From: Octopus vulgaris
Taxonomy: Eukaryota
Length of the DNA stretch: 64,000 nucleotides
Assembly: GCA_951406725.2 (NCBI GenBank)
Contig: OX597817.1
Span: 117,056,001 to 117,120,000 of the forward strand
Direction of reading: 5' to 3'
Below, in pieces: positions 1 to 14,121 of this stretch. The notes under the pieces were generated by a model. It was not told the origin of the DNA. It ran no database searches and saw only the letters and a list, made by a program, of their open reading frames with translations. Position 1 is the first letter of the stretch; each line of letters begins with the position of its first letter. The position numbers and the translations under genes were made by a program.

Positions 1-3000
1 AACTCATTTTGTAACTATTACTGTAACAGTATGCACATCTCTTTGCGTAACACGCATTACTACCTCATACCATCCCTGGATGTTTGAAAGAGCTGTAAAG
101 AACTACCTAGAAACATATTTTCTTTCGAGGGTTAGAGTTATGTTAATGTTCATATTACATCTTGTGTAAATGCTATAAATGATTTAATGTCATCTATACG
201 TGTCTCTGCATCCTTTAATGTTTATAGGAAACTCTACCTATAAATTCCTTATAGCCAACTCTTGATCTGAGGAATTAATTTTATCCCGATTCAGAGATTG
301 GATTCTTAGAGTTTAGACCTTTTCAAGGAGTAGTCAAGTTTTTTTTTAAATATATAATAGAAACAGAAGCGGAATTGATAGCTAAAAGTAATTTAATCCC
401 GCTTAAAAGTGGATGTAGAATTTAAACACTGAGTACGGTATTATTTAGTATGACCGAACCTCTCATATGGAGTTGCGGTGCATTTAAGCACTCATGTATA
501 TATTGCTAGCAGGGGATAATTGTCTGCTTTCGCAGCCGTGATTACCAGATCACGTCATTTCGGCCTTCTTTAGCCTTGCCGATGGCAGGCGCCCCTGACT
601 ACAAATATGAGCGATTCCTCCGTCAGTGATATACATAGATTCTCAGTGCCTATTCCGGCACTTGTGCCGCAAATAGCTAGTGGGCTTATCAAAACATAAT
701 TAATAGTGACAGAAGCAGTATTAAATACAAAAACCTCATATTTATCACCACTTAAAAGTTGGGTTTGTCTTAAAACACAAGATGCTGTATTATTTAATAT
801 GGACTTGTGGGACATATAAACACTCTTGTTTATACTGCTAGCAGAAAGCGATCGTCTTCTTTCGCCGCAGGGACTACCATACAACGTTATTTTGTCCCTA
901 GGGGTTTTCTGTGTGTGTGATCTATCCATGTATTTCTGCATTGAGTTATTGGCGTACAGAAGACCATTGACGACAGCACACCTTTTTCTGCGTTTGATAT
1001 GTTTCTTAACTGTGCAAATTGATTTTATCCAAGAAAATGTATAAAACTTCATAAACGCTTATCTCTTTAGAGTATTTATCATTTGCAGTACACTGTTAAT
1101 TTTAGTATTCTGTTCTTTCTAATTTGATATAAATTATTTCAGTTAAATACATTCAAGCTAATTCCTTATTCTAGAAATAATTCTTTTAAAATCATTGGCA
1201 AAGACTTTACTGTCTTCATCCCAGTCAGACACCAGAGATGTTTACCATCAACCAATAAAGACATGAACTTCCTAAAGGTAAATATTAGATATAATTATGG
1301 CAAGATTCCAATATCCACAGCATTTATTGAACTGATTTTGAACGTAAAGCATATGTACATATAGATTTTTTTCTTTAACTACGGAATCCTGAATTCAATT
1401 GCTAGAATTTCAAAACTAGACTAATATGAAGGACGTACACCTAAGAACATAAGAGATTTAATGTACTTGTACTGTCAATTTTGTATTTTCTAGGTCAGAA
1501 CATCGAATGCTATATCACCCATGCTAAGTACATCGACAACAATATATATAAGAAATATAGCAGTTAAACATCCTAGCACATTTGTAAGAATGGGTTAAGA
1601 TGTTTCTCAATGTATTCCTTCATAGAATATGGTAGTATTTTTCATGATATATATGATAGTATTCTTCAGGCATATATTTGTGTGCACATATGAATGTCTA
1701 CACGTGAGTATAGATCTAATTACAAAGTCTATGGTATATGAGACTACAAAACATATAACATGCACGACACATCATATATTTACACCGATAAACGCACTTT
1801 ATAAATAAGTGTATGTTAGTATCTAATTACGTTACAGGTATTTTGGTATGTGCATGCGTATGTATCTGTGGTTTAATAATTGTGTCGGTGCACGTGTACG
1901 CGTGTACGGGTGTGTACATGTGTATAGATTTCTGTGTGTGAATTCATTTATGTAAATGTCAACGTATTAGAAAAACCGTAGTTATATACATGGCCGTCAG
2001 TATGTATATCTGTGCATATCTGTGTGAGTAAAAATTATACATATACAAACTATCAACGACAACATTGCATAAAATATAGAATGTTATTCTCCATTTCATA
2101 TTGTTGTGAGTGATGCAAGTTGGAAAGAAGCTGAAATGAATGCACTCAGAAAAGCTGGTTGACAGTTAACATAGCCTCAGAAATTTCTGTGGTAGTTGTC
2201 AATAGTTGAAAAAGGCACCATCTTTATACATTGACTGGGAATTTGTAAGGTTGTTATTAACATTTGCCATTGTCAAAATAACTGCAAAAATGTTATTCTT
2301 TTATCCAACGAGTGCATTTCGTTTCAATTTGTATACATTATTTTCGTTTTTAATTCCTTTGTAAGTGTATAATTCAGACCGAAATTACTGATCACAATTT
2401 TTCATATATATATATATGTAAATCCCTGTGAGTATGTGTGTGTTGGGGGGGGGGGGGGTATGTCTGTCTGTCTGTCTGTGCATGTCTTTGTTGGTCTGCC
2501 TGTGTGTTTATTCATAAAGACTAGACAGAGGAAGCAAAATCAAAATACACTTACAGAAAAATATTCTAGAGTATCGAAGCCCATAATCGAAGAAAATGAG
2601 CCCGCAATCGTAACCTGCAATCGTAAAATATAGGTGCGGATTTCCATATGTCCTTGCAAGGCTGATGAACCGCACGTTCCGCAACACATGTAAAATGATC
2701 TTATCTAACTATCCCCTGGTGTTCTTATATCAGAGACCCCATGCATTTTTGAAAACCGCAGTGCATTAGCTTCCACCTCATATAATTCGGGATGAATTCG
2801 TTGAGCAAAGAGGCATTGACTATCGGAATATACTTCGCTTAAAACTTCTTTCAGATCTCTTAAGTCGAGTTGCTTATTTCGTTTAACAGCATGTGGAACT
2901 GATCGTGTGCAGTTGCTGCAATTTGTATTGTAGTTGCTTTTGTTTGCGCTGTAGTTTTGATAATGATTTTCTTTCCAGATTTACTCTTATACGCCTTAAC

Positions 3001-3098
3001 CTGTGCAAAGGTTAAGTCACAAATTTTGCCAGGTTTTGCGGCAATTGTTATGTCGTTCTCGTATTTCCTTTGTCATGATTTAGGTTCTTGCTCATGCA

Positions 3099-3486
3099 AG
3101 TGGAGGCGCAATGGCCCAGTGGTTAGGGCAGCGGACTCGCGGTCATAGGATCGCGGTTTCGATTCCCAGACCGGGTGTTGTGTGTGTTTATTGAGCGAAA
3201 ACACCTAAAGCTCCACGAGGCTCCGGCAGGGGATGGTGGTGATCCCTGCTGTACTCTTTCACCACAACTTTCTCTCACTCTTACTTCCTGTTTCTGTTGT
3301 ACCTGTATTTCAAAGGGCCGGCTTGTCACTCTCTGTGTCACGCTGAATATCCCCGAGAACTACGTTACGGGTACACGTGTCTGTGGAGTGCTCAGCCACT
3401 TACACGTTAATTTCACGAGCAGGCTGTTCCGTTGATTCGGATCAACCGGAACCCTCGACCTCGTAACCGACGGAGTGCTTCCCCTC
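3099..3486 (+). mobile_element. tRNA-derived SINE with 13-bp target-site duplication
   Basis: Pol III A box TGGCCCAGTGG and B-box-like GGTTTCGATTCC in the head; TCTTGCTCATGCA is repeated directly at 3086-3098 and 3487-3499. Confidence 0.9.
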
Positions 3487-4550
3487 TCTTGCTCATGCAT
3501 TTTTGCTGTTGTTCTGATTATGGTATTAGCTTACTTGTAATTTTTCTGTTGGTTCTTTTGTTGTTCGTTCTATTTTAGAGAAAATGCCATGTGAAATTTA
3601 TTTTGTTTGTGCCTCAGAGAAATGTAAGCTTTGATTCACATATTTTAAAATCTCTGCTATGTCGTCATTCTTTGAAAAAATTAGAGTTCTATCCAAAATC
3701 TTATGTACCTTAAAACATTATGTGAAAAATACTTATTTGGTATTTCTATCAGGAAAAGCGACATCCATGAACCTCTCACGCCTGTTCGAACTAAACATAT
3801 CACGTAAATATGAATGGTATCATATATACATAGACATCGTAGTTCTTATGATTGAATTCTGAAAGAAATAGTCAGACAGTGACATTCAGTTAAATGTTAG
3901 ACATTGTTTGAAGCCAGTGAAGTTCCAGACATTCAATACCCGACAGATATATCATTGATAGGTTTATGTGGTAAAAATGAAATGACGTCTACTATTTTGA
4001 TATCAATTAGAAATTACTATGAAAATCAAGTCTGAAAAATTCTGATGGTATCTCATGGAGACATTGTAATACTGCAACTCAAAGACTAGGTTTCATATTG
4101 AGAACTAGAAAATACTGAAGTGTTGCACAGGTACTGATTATTTATATATATAGTAAGTTATTGTCACAAAGAAATGGTGATTAATACCTGAGATGCTCTA
4201 ACACTAACATTAGGCCAATCATTCTGGAATGATTTCAACTGAAAGCACATATCAGAGTTTCAATCACCAGCCAGGTATAAACATTAAGAGCAAAGTTGGC
4301 AGCTGCTTCTTACCACTTTTTCTATTATTGCTTGTTTACTATCTCCATTTCTCACATTCTTTAGCTCTATTCCAGCTCTTACACAGGAAAACATATAATC
4401 TAGCCTCTAATGTGCATGCACACACACACACACCCATGTGTATATTGTTGACGTCATAAGAATTCTATAAATTCTGGAGACAAAGCAAGATATTTCCCTT
4501 TTTTTACAGCGGATCTCGAAGCGTAGAAAGGTGTCGTAATATTGCCTCCC

Positions 4551-4600
<50 letters not shown>

Positions 4601-4601
<1 letters not shown>

Positions 4602-7600
4602 AAGGTGGTAGGTAGCGAACTTCTTCACTACATCAGGGATTGACGACCCTGCCTGACACGAGTTCCGGGCTCAGCTGGCTCCGGCTGACAGTACCCGGTA
4701 TGGGCCTCTATCCAGGGTTACGGAAAGGAGACAACCTTCAAAGAAATCCGGAGTGGAGCCCCGAAGGCAGTTTAGTGTTCGACTCGACACTCTTCCGGCA
4801 GCTCCTGCAACCAAGCTGGTGCCAAGCGTAATGCTCTGCACTCCTTTGGACTACATCAGCAAGGTCGAGAGAAGAATCCTGACGATTGGGCTACCCAGGA
4901 CTTTCTTATTTCTGGCCCAGGCCTGCACAAAACTGGAGAGGACACTTCAGTGCTGCTGTAAAAAGCGACAGAAAAAACACGGGAGGTAACAGTCACGAGT
5001 GATAAGTCCATTCAGATTGGCGTAAAATATGGGCGCTATGGGTTACCTCTGACAATGGGAGTAACCGCCCTGTCCTATCGGTTAGCTACTGCCCACCTCA
5101 AGCTGGGCAGCCCCCAGTTAATAAGGTGCTGACCCGCCACGGGCCGCCTGCTTCATTGGGTGCTTGGAGCTAAGAGTTTGACTTGAAAAGCGGCCTGCAA
5201 CCTCTGCTCCAGGCAAACAACTAAATGACAAGAAACCACCAGTCCTGCGGTTAGCAAGCTGGAATGTCAGGACCATGTGCCCTGGAGTATCTGATGATCC
5301 ACTCAGGGTTGAAGACACAAGAAAAATGGTCATCATTGACCGTGAACTAAAGTGGCTTAACATAGACATTGCTGTCCTGCAGGAGACAAGACTCCCCTCA
5401 AACGCCAAACTCAAAGAACAGGATTTCACCTTCTTTTGACAGGGAAGCGATCCTGAAGAACCTCGTCAGCATGGCGTTGGCTTTGCAGTGAGGAACTCAT
5501 TACTCTCCTCAATATAACCACCATTAGGAGGCACTGAGCGTATCCTCTCACTGCGCTTCTCGACGTCTTCTGACTCAGCACATCTACTGAGCATCTATGC
5601 TCCCACTCTCTACAGCTCAGAGGAAACCAAGGACCAGTTCTACAAAGATCTCAACTGTGTCATTAAAAATATACCAACAAATGAAAACATCTACTTTCTA
5701 GGGGATTTTAAAGCTAGCGTGTTATCTGACCATGATTTGTGGCCCATTTTTGTTGGACACTTTGGTATTGGCAACATGAATGACAATGGTCAGAGACTAC
5801 TTGAATTTTTCACATACCATAACCTGTGCATCACAAACATATTCTTTGTCAACAAGCCATCCCACAAAGCATCTTGGAGACATCCAAGATCTCACCACTG
5901 GCATCAACTGGATCTCATCATTACACGACGTTCCTTTCTGAATTATGTTCAACTAACACGCAGTTACCACAGCGCAGATTGTGACACAGATCACTCACTA
6001 ATTAGATGTAGGTTGAGGATTCTGCCTAAAAAAGTCCATCACTCCAAGAAAGTGGGCCGACCACGCATTAACACTGCCAGAACCTCGAACCCTACACTGC
6101 GAAAATGTTTTGCTGCTTCTATCAAGTTTGCTCTCAGTAGCTGCCCAACTCTGCTGAAAGTAGGTGGGATTATATCAGGGAAGCTTTGTATACCACATCA
6201 AGAGATACTTTCGGCATGAGAGAAAGGCAAAACCCAGACTGGTTCAATGCTGGGCTCTCAGAGCTGGAACCAGTTATCGAAGCAAAGCTTGCAGCTCTGA
6301 TGCAATACAAGAGTGATTCTTCTACAAAGTCACTCGAAGAACTCAGAAGAGCAAGAAATAAAACCCAACCGACAGCCAGACGCTGTGCAAATAGGTATTG
6401 GCAGGAAATCTGTCAGAGTATCCAGTCAGCTGCTGACAGTGGCGACAAAGGCTTTTGACTCGGTAAGTAGAAAATGACTCTTCATCTTGCTCCACAAAAT
6501 CAGATGTCCACCAAAGCTGCTGAGGATCATCAAGTCTTTCCAGGATCATATGCAAGGCACCATACAGCACAATGGTTCAACATCAGCCGCCTTTCAAATA
6601 ACAAACGGGGTAAAGCGAGGTTGTGTCCTCGCTCCTACATTATTTGGCATCTTCTACTCGCTCTTGCTCTCACATGCCTTTCAGACATCAGATGATGGAG
6701 TGTTTCTGCACAGTAAAAGTGACGGGAAACTGTTCAATCTCTCGCGCCTGCGTACCAAGACCAAAATCAGAAGCGTCCTGATCAAGGAGATGCTATTTGC
6801 TGATGATGCCGCTCAGAAGAAGCCCTCCAAAGGCTCATCAACTGTTTTGAGCAAGCATGTAGCGACTTTGGCTTAGCTATCAGCCTCAAGAAGACCAACA
6901 TCATGGGTCAGGCTACATCGGACATCCCAAACATATATATCGGAGACCACAGATTACGGGAGGTGGAGAAGTATACCTATCTTGGCTCTACCATCACCTA
7001 CAACCTATCCCTTGACGCTGAGCTCAATATACACATTGGCAAGGCAGCTGCTGCGATGGCCCAACACTCCAAACGAGCATGAGACAACAATAAGCTGACC
7101 AAGACCACGAAAATGAAGATCTACCAGGCATGTGTACTTAGCACTCTACTGTATGGAAGTGAGACTTGGACGCCATACACACGCCAAGAGCGTCGCCTAA
7201 ACATCTTTCACCTGCGCTGCCTCTGGAAAATCCTTCGCATCAAATGGCAGAATCATAGCCCCAACAAAGATGTCCTCAAGCAAGCAGAAATACCAAGCAT
7301 GTTTGCACTCCTCACACAAAGACGTATGAGATAGCTTGGGCATGTTAGCCGTATGAAAGATGGCAGAATCCCCAAGGACATACTCTACGGAGGGTTTTCT
7401 AGGGCTACTAGGTCTGTGGGAAGACCGTTCTTACCTTGCAAGGATGTTTGCAAAAGGGACATGAAGGCCTGCAACATCAATATTAGCAATTGGGAAGCAG
7501 TTACCAGCAACCGTGGAGATTGGCGACGTACCGTAAAAGAGGGAATACAAAGGAGTGACAGAAAAAGAGAGAGAAGAAATGGAAAGACGAGAAACTATGA

Positions 7601-7787
7601 CATTACATCCAGCCAGTAACAGTCTTCGCTACATTTGCGGTACCTGCCAGAGGGAGTGTTTGTCCAGGATATGACAACACAGCCATAACAGGAAATGTAT
7701 TAGGACATGAAATGTAAAAGCCGGACTAGACTATTTTATGCGCAACTCCATTGTCTCCCGAGACAAAAAAGGATGCCAACGAACCAA
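4601..7787 (+). mobile_element. Decayed RTE-clade (BovB-like) LINE with internal deletion
   Basis: APE motifs LASWNVRTM, LQETR, GDF, WRHPRS..WHQLD, DTDHSL; RT motifs GVKRGCVLAPTLF, LFADDA; RTE C-terminus IYQACVLSTLLYGSETW, RIPKDILYG. Stops and frameshifts present; the protein jumps from AADSG to KGFDSVSR near 6445. Confidence 0.92.
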
Positions 7788-8555
7788 TTATATATACACA
7801 CCCACACATATATATTTATAAAATTTTTAAATGTCTTATGAGTATTATAGGATAAAATCTTATACAAACCCAACTAACGGTTAAGAAATGGAGAAGAGAT
7901 GTTATAAGTTTTTATAAAATGTTTAATCCACACAAACGTTTCGAATGATAATGTAGAATGATAATGGAAGAAAACATGGAAAAAGTTAAATTAATTATGG
8001 CATTTTAATTGTAATATTTTTATGTTATATACTTGCAATAGCAAGTTACTACTTTGATATGAAGAATGCTTATTAGAAATCTAACTTTTTTGATCCCCGA
8101 AATGTTCAAAATGTTCTTGAACTAATTTGTCTCTCTCCTATCTCCCTCCCACACACATGCATATATATATATATACATATACAGAAAGAGAGAGAGAGAA
8201 AAGAGAGAAAACTAAGTTATTTTATTCCACACGGATAGAAATATAGGAAAAATAGTTCTAAAAGCACTGAGAATAGTTTTAATCAACTTAATTGCCTCTC
8301 CAGAGCTACCCTGGTGGCAAAAACTACAAATCATTAGTATATTCAAAGATTTAACCGGTTTCAGTTAACACTGCTTTTCAAAAATTCAAAATAAATACAA
8401 GAAGGTAACTTACGTCACAGGTGTTTTGCTTCTGACTAGTGCTTGAAGCGTGCCCTATTTTTATAGGGAGTTCATGGCACAAATTAGTATATGTTTTGAA
8501 TAGGATTTGATTGGTCGAGGAAAGACGTATGACAGGTTTTAGAAATTATTGTAGG

Positions 8556-8609
<54 letters not shown>

Positions 8610-8718
8610 GAATTACCTGCTACCGTATACCTTTAACCAAGTATGTACCTACGCAGCTAATCACCAGGAGCGCCGCTTTGGATTTAACCATCCTTTTTAA
8701 ACACCTCTAACTTAAACC

Positions 8719-8757
<39 letters not shown>

Positions 8758-9452
8758 GCGTTTGTGTTATTGGAAGATATTTATTGGCTACAGAAACGTC
8801 CTAAATTAACTTTCTATGCTTCAGTCTTTGGATGATTGTACAAGTGTACAAGGCAGAAAGTAGCATTTGATACATGAAGAATATTGCAGAAAACCTTTGA
8901 AATCGTAGCCGTGCTTCAGTCAATACCCTAATATAAGAAAAACTATAAATCCATTGTGTAATGGACGATTTAAAACGGGTGGATGATCAGCATTTATTGA
9001 CATAAATTTCCGATGATTTATAAAAAGAAGCATGGTACGCATGAAAATATATATACGTGTATTTGGCAAATATTTCTGTGAATACCTGATTATATAACAA
9101 CGCGTCTACGCGGCATGTAATTGTAGTGTTATGATGTGTCACATTTTGTTGAAATACAATCGAGGCCTCACAGATTTCGTTGGCTTGAATAGAGAACTAT
9201 AGCTGTGCATCTCAATTGGGAACAATCATTCCGACAGAAACCCTTTCTTATAAGGGGAGCCAAATTTCCTCAATTATCTTTGAAAATAATTTTAGACGGA
9301 ATTAAGAAAATTTCGGAAAGTTTTCAGAAACTGCAATAAATTAAATAGCAAAATATAATGATAAACAAAAATAATAATCAGCAAAATTAATTAACAGTAG
9401 TAATTAGTAAAATAACAATGACAATAAAAAACGACGACAACAACATCAACAA

Positions 9453-9453
<1 letters not shown>

Positions 9454-9546
<93 letters not shown>

Positions 9547-9583
9547 TTAATAATAATAATAACAACAATAACAACAATAATAA
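9454..9583. repeat. (AAT)n/(AAC)n microsatellite
   Basis: direct reading. Confidence 0.95.
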
Positions 9584-9977
9584 TGATTTGAATAGTTAAT
9601 TGTAATAATAGTTAAAATAATAATAAATAGCGTTATTTTTCGTTGGTAATTATTAGCATCAACACATCTTTTACTAATAATCTTAGCTTTGCTCATTATT
9701 ATTTTGTAATTATTTTAAAATTGTGTTTGCTAATTATGATTTCAGTCAAATCTAAGTCATTTACCTGATGCTCGCTAAGAAAGTTTGGACTTCTACTCAA
9801 GAAAATTTGATCCTCCTCTCAAAAATCACACAATTTTGGTTGAAAATTTTTAAAAAACGTAAAGAATAATAATAGAACCACACGTATTTTCGTTTTGAAC
9901 AGGACGCAGCTTTATACAAATGCACACTGCATTACTCTATTCTTATGTAACCATCTCCAAGAATAGTAATCACTTAC

Positions 9978-10040
<63 letters not shown>

Positions 10041-10234
10041 GCCAGTTACGTCGTTCATTTCCATATAAGATTTAATAAGTATGTACCTACTAAAAGTATT
10101 GAGTAATCCCTAAGTTTAATGTAATTTTTTTCATATACTGCATGAATATTTTCAGATTAAAGTAACTATTAGTGAATGAATATATATATGTGTTTGTGTG
10201 TTTGTGTGCGTGTGTGTGTATGTATATATTATTT

Positions 10235-10440
10235 AATCTTTTCGTCTTTCAATCACTGAACTGCGGTCATGCTGGGGCATCGCCTTGAATGTTTAGTCGA
10301 ATGACTCTACCCCAGTACCTTTTAAGCTTCGTACTTATTCTGCAGGATTCTTTTGCTAAACCTCCAAGTTACGGAGATGCTAACACACCAACACAAGTGT
10401 TTAAGCGGTGGAGATGAAGAAAAAACAGACAGGAAGACAC
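10235..10440 (-). mobile_element. 3' half of the SINE family seen at 39819-40217
   Basis: shares CTGCGG.CATGCTGG.GCATCGCC and GTACTTATTCT blocks with 39840-39990. Confidence 0.75.
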
Positions 10441-10600
10441 ACACAGATACACAAACACAACCGCACACATGCACATACACATATGTATATGTATATCTAT
10501 ATATTTGTATATGTATGTATATATATGTATATATAAATTTAGGTATATATATGTATGTATATAAATTTATGTATATATATGTATGTATATATATATATAT

Positions 10601-12284
10601 AGAGTCAATTATTTGCCGAGGCTTTTTCAACTATTTTCAAACAAGATGATGGTCGTGAACCCCCTCCATTTGATAGATCGGTACCTCCAATGCTTCGATT
10701 GGTCATCACGCGGGACGAAGTCAAACGTGTTATTCAAAGCCTCGATGTCAACAAAGGTCACGGCCCTGACGGCATACACCCACGGGTTATCAAAGCGTTG
10801 GCTCCGGTCATCTGCGAGCCCTTAACACGATTATTCAATATGTCATTGGCGACGGGTGTTATACCTGCTGACTGGAGAACAGCGATAATCTGCCCAATTT
10901 TCAAGAAAGGGAGCCGCGAAGATCCGCTTAACTACCGACCGGTTTCCCTTACATCAATTATCAGCAAGATGTTCGAAACCATCCTTAAGAAAAGTATGAT
11001 GCTCCACCTCCTAAACACAGCCTCTATCTCTGATTCCCAACACGGCTTCGTGCCGAAGAGATCATGCTTGACCAACCTACTAGTAATGGAAGAATTGGTG
11101 ACGCGCATCCTCGATGATAGTGATGCTGTTGACATCGTTTTACTGGACTTTGCCATAGCTTTTGACTCGGTAAACCACCGCCTCTTGCTTGTCAAGCTTC
11201 AAGCATATAGTTTCCATCCGGATATCGTACGATGGGTTGGTGCCTTCCTCTCAGATCGCTCCTTCCAAGTCCAAGTTAACGGTTCGCGGTCCGACGTCTC
11301 CAGTGCGAGCAGTGGCGTGCCTCAAGGTTCAGTGCTTGGGCCCTTGTTGTTCTTAGTCTTCATAAATGACTTGCCCGACGACCTCACGCAACACACCCTT
11401 CTATTTGCCGACGATATCAAACTGGTCGCTCCTCGCGGTAATATAGAGGATCTTCGTCGATGCCTCCACCAAATTTGGAAGTGGTCTAACAATTGGGACC
11501 CGTGTCTGAACGTGTCAAAGTGCTGTCATCTGCCTGTTGGCTCTACTCCTGCAACTCAACTTGATTTCGAGCCGGGTCGTCTGCTGCTGGAGAGGACCGA
11601 TCAGGTAAAGGACCTAGGTATCTTGATGGATTCCTCCTTTTCGCCTTCGGCCCAGTGCGTCCATGCTGCCAACAAAGCACGCGGAAGTCTGTTCTTGATT
11701 CGACGGTCATTCGGAATGCTCACAGCAGCCATATTCCTAACACTCTATGTCACGCTGGTGAGACCCATATTGGAGTATGGGATTCAAGCCTCTTCTCCTT
11801 ATCTCCTCAAAGACATACATCATCTCGAAAGAGTCCAGAAGCTGGCTACCCGCATGGTTCATGGTCTCAAAAATTTGTCCTACGAAGAAAGGCTGAGGAC
11901 GCTCTACCTTTATTCTCTTGAAAAACGCCGCCGCCGTGGTGATCTCATTCTCGCCCACAACATCATAAGCGGAAAGTGTAACCTCTCGAAAGAGCTGTTC
12001 TTCACTCCTGCTCCAGAGCGTCGGCTGCGGGGTCATTCCGAAAAGCTCTACCTGCGACGATTTCATCTCAATCGAAGGAGAGGAGCTTTCTCCGTCCGGG
12101 TTGCGGATCCGTGGAACAAGCTGCCAGACGAGATGGTGAAGATGCCGACGACAGCTTTGTTCAAAGCCTCCCTTGACCTCAAGTGGCCTGAACTCTTTAC
12201 ATGAACACCACCCTGTACTTAACTCCATGTCCGCCTACATGGCCTTGCTATTTGCTTTTGAGCCAAATTAACTAACTAACTAAC
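10601..12284 (+). mobile_element. 5'-truncated CR1/L2-group LINE, copy 1, with (TAAC)n tail, inserted in (TA)n
   Basis: starts abruptly at AGAGTCAATT (matches 15551), RT ORF, short 3' UTR, TAAC tail; near-identical to 15551-17242. Confidence 0.93.
10690..12204 (+). CDS. LINE ORF2 reverse transcriptase, 5'-truncated, no endonuclease
   Basis: GPDGIHP, NYRPVSLTS, QHGF, DFAIAFDSV (K>I relative to copy 2), SGVPQGSVLGP, FADD, RRRRGDLI, LRGH. Confidence 0.88.
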   Translation: MLRLVITRDEVKRVIQSLDVNKGHGPDGIHPRVIKALAPVICEPLTRLFNMSLATGVIPADWRTAIICPIFKKGSREDPLNYRPVSLTSIISKMFETILKKSMMLHLLNTASISDSQHGFVPKRSCLTNLLVMEELVTRILDDSDAVDIVLLDFAIAFDSVNHRLLLVKLQAYSFHPDIVRWVGAFLSDRSFQVQVNGSRSDVSSASSGVPQGSVLGPLLFLVFINDLPDDLTQHTLLFADDIKLVAPRGNIEDLRRCLHQIWKWSNNWDPCLNVSKCCHLPVGSTPATQLDFEPGRLLLERTDQVKDLGILMDSSFSPSAQCVHAANKARGSLFLIRRSFGMLTAAIFLTLYVTLVRPILEYGIQASSPYLLKDIHHLERVQKLATRMVHGLKNLSYEERLRTLYLYSLEKRRRRGDLILAHNIISGKCNLSKELFFTPAPERRLRGHSEKLYLRRFHLNRRRGAFSVRVADPWNKLPDEMVKMPTTALFKASLDLKWPELFT

Positions 12285-12489
12285 ATATATATATATATTT
12301 AACATCAATATATAAATATATATATATTATTTAAATAATTTAAAAAATTTTAACTTTAATTTAAATATTTTAATTTGGAATTTTATATTTTATATTTTTT
12401 TAATTAATTTATTGGCTTATGATTTTCACTGTTTGATTTGCCTAATAGTGGTTTTATCCCTAATAATAATATAATATATATATATATAA

Positions 12490-12914
12490 ACAATGGGCTG
12501 GAGTATTTCTATTTTGGATGTATTTGGGGTACTTAGTTGTGCTCATGACTTAGTGTTTGCTTCTTCCATGAGTATGAGTAAGTATCTCATTTATTTCTTT
12601 TGCCACATGTATCACTGACGAAGGGAGGGCTGTAATGAGCTAACCCTGAAATCGGAACGATATGGTAATAATGGAATTTAAAAAAAAATTTCTGTCGACC
12701 TTTTTTCGAGTAGCGTGCGTATTGTGAAAAAATTATATGGTTAATGGACAATATGTCCAATTTTTCGGCATATTTGGCATTAGCAATTTTTTCGTTTGTC
12801 CTTATTTATGAATTGTTTATAAATTTAACCTTTAAAGGTATTTTTTAATATGCTGGCTTTGATAAAATTTTTTTGAAAATAATTTTTTTTCGAAAAAACT
12901 TTATCCTACATTAG
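12490..12914 (+). mobile_element. Solo Penelope-like terminal repeat (pLTR) between AT-rich/(TA)n tracts
   Basis: homologous to the right arm of 34735-35547, same TTATCCTACATTAG end; contains a hammerhead motif. Confidence 0.75.
12610..12667 (+). ncRNA. Type I hammerhead ribozyme motif
   Basis: stem I TATCA/TGGTA; CTGACGA; stem II AGGG/CCCT; GAAA; stem III ATCG-gaa-CGAT; AUA cleavage triplet ending at 12662. Confidence 0.8.
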
Positions 12915-12921
12915 ATATATG

Positions 12922-12986
<65 letters not shown>

Positions 12987-13009
12987 ATATATATATATAT
13001 ATATGTATG

Positions 13010-13079
<70 letters not shown>

Positions 13080-13114
13080 ATTGTATACCACCATATCCCC
13101 TCACAAGACCTAAG

Positions 13115-13595
13115 TGAGCCTTTGGTTAGAATTTAACAGGAGACACTTGTCCAATTTTCCACACGGTTGGACTGAACCTAGAACTATATGGTTGAAAAGC
13201 AATCTGTTTACTACACTGCTAGGCCTGCAACTGCGTGGCTGTGTGGTAAATAGCTTGCTTCCCAACGACATGGTTCCATGTTACTTCGACTGTGTGACAC
13301 CTCGACCTAATGTCTTGTACTATACCTTGGCCAATGATCAACTAAAGGTTTTTGTTTGGATATGGGAGATGCAAACAAAAATAACCCACATGAGATCTAT
13401 GTGTGCCTTTGCGCGCACGCGCGTTTGAGTGTCTGTTTTCCTCCTGCCACTGGAAAATAACTACGGTTGGTAGAGACCCACAGAATAAGTACCAGGCTTT
13501 TAAATAGATACTATCAAGGGTCTATTCGTTCGAATAAAACTCTTCAAGGCGGTGCCTTAGCATGGCTATAACCTAATAACTGAAATAAGGAAACG
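13115..13595. mobile_element. Two diverged head-to-head tRNA-SINE copies (13115-13225 minus, 13232-13595 plus)
   Basis: GTGGCTGTGTGGTAA head and GGACTGAACC B-box complement, as in 39819-40217. Confidence 0.65.
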
Positions 13596-13686
13596 ATATG
13601 TATTACACATATAATAATACATGAATATTTTATAAATAATATATTATGTATAGCGCAAAAATATTATATATGAATATATATAAACA

Positions 13687-13740
<54 letters not shown>

Positions 13741-13744
<4 letters not shown>

Positions 13745-13940
13745 AATCCAAACAAGAAAACACAAGAAAAACACAACAACGCGAGGACGTGGAACAAATA
13801 AAGTATTATTGGATGATCGGGAAAGAAGGGAAGAAGGAGGGTTTAACGTTTCGAGCGGAGCGCTTCGTTGGAAACATAGGAGAAGGAAAGATCCTAAGAA
13901 GGGAAGACAGAGGAAAAAAGTCGCCAGCGGTACTCACGAG
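13741..13940 (-). mobile_element. PLE terminal-repeat fragment with a degenerate minimal hammerhead (13841-13875)
   Basis: reverse-strand homolog of 27460-27655; GTTT-CCAACGA-AGCGCTCCGCTC-GAAAC-GTT-AAAC; (TA)n on both sides. Confidence 0.75.
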
Positions 13941-14067
13941 ATATATATACATATACATACATATATATAATATATATGTATATACATACATGCACATATA
14001 TATATATATACATACATATACATACATATATATAATTTGTATGTATATGCATATCTATCTATCTATA

Positions 14068-14121
<54 letters not shown>

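Noticed and set aside
260-380. CTGAGGA...GAAAC hammerhead-like pair
   Set aside because: No stem III/NUH or stem I partner could be formed
570-1052. 160-aa minus-strand ORF
   Set aside because: No recognisable motifs or splice context; compatible with chance or decayed repeat
3103-3175. tRNA gene
   Set aside because: tRNA-like head continues into a SINE body bounded by a TSD
11737-12228. 163-aa antisense ORF, also at 16687-17178
   Set aside because: Shadow of the RT frame; conserved only because the two copies are near-identical
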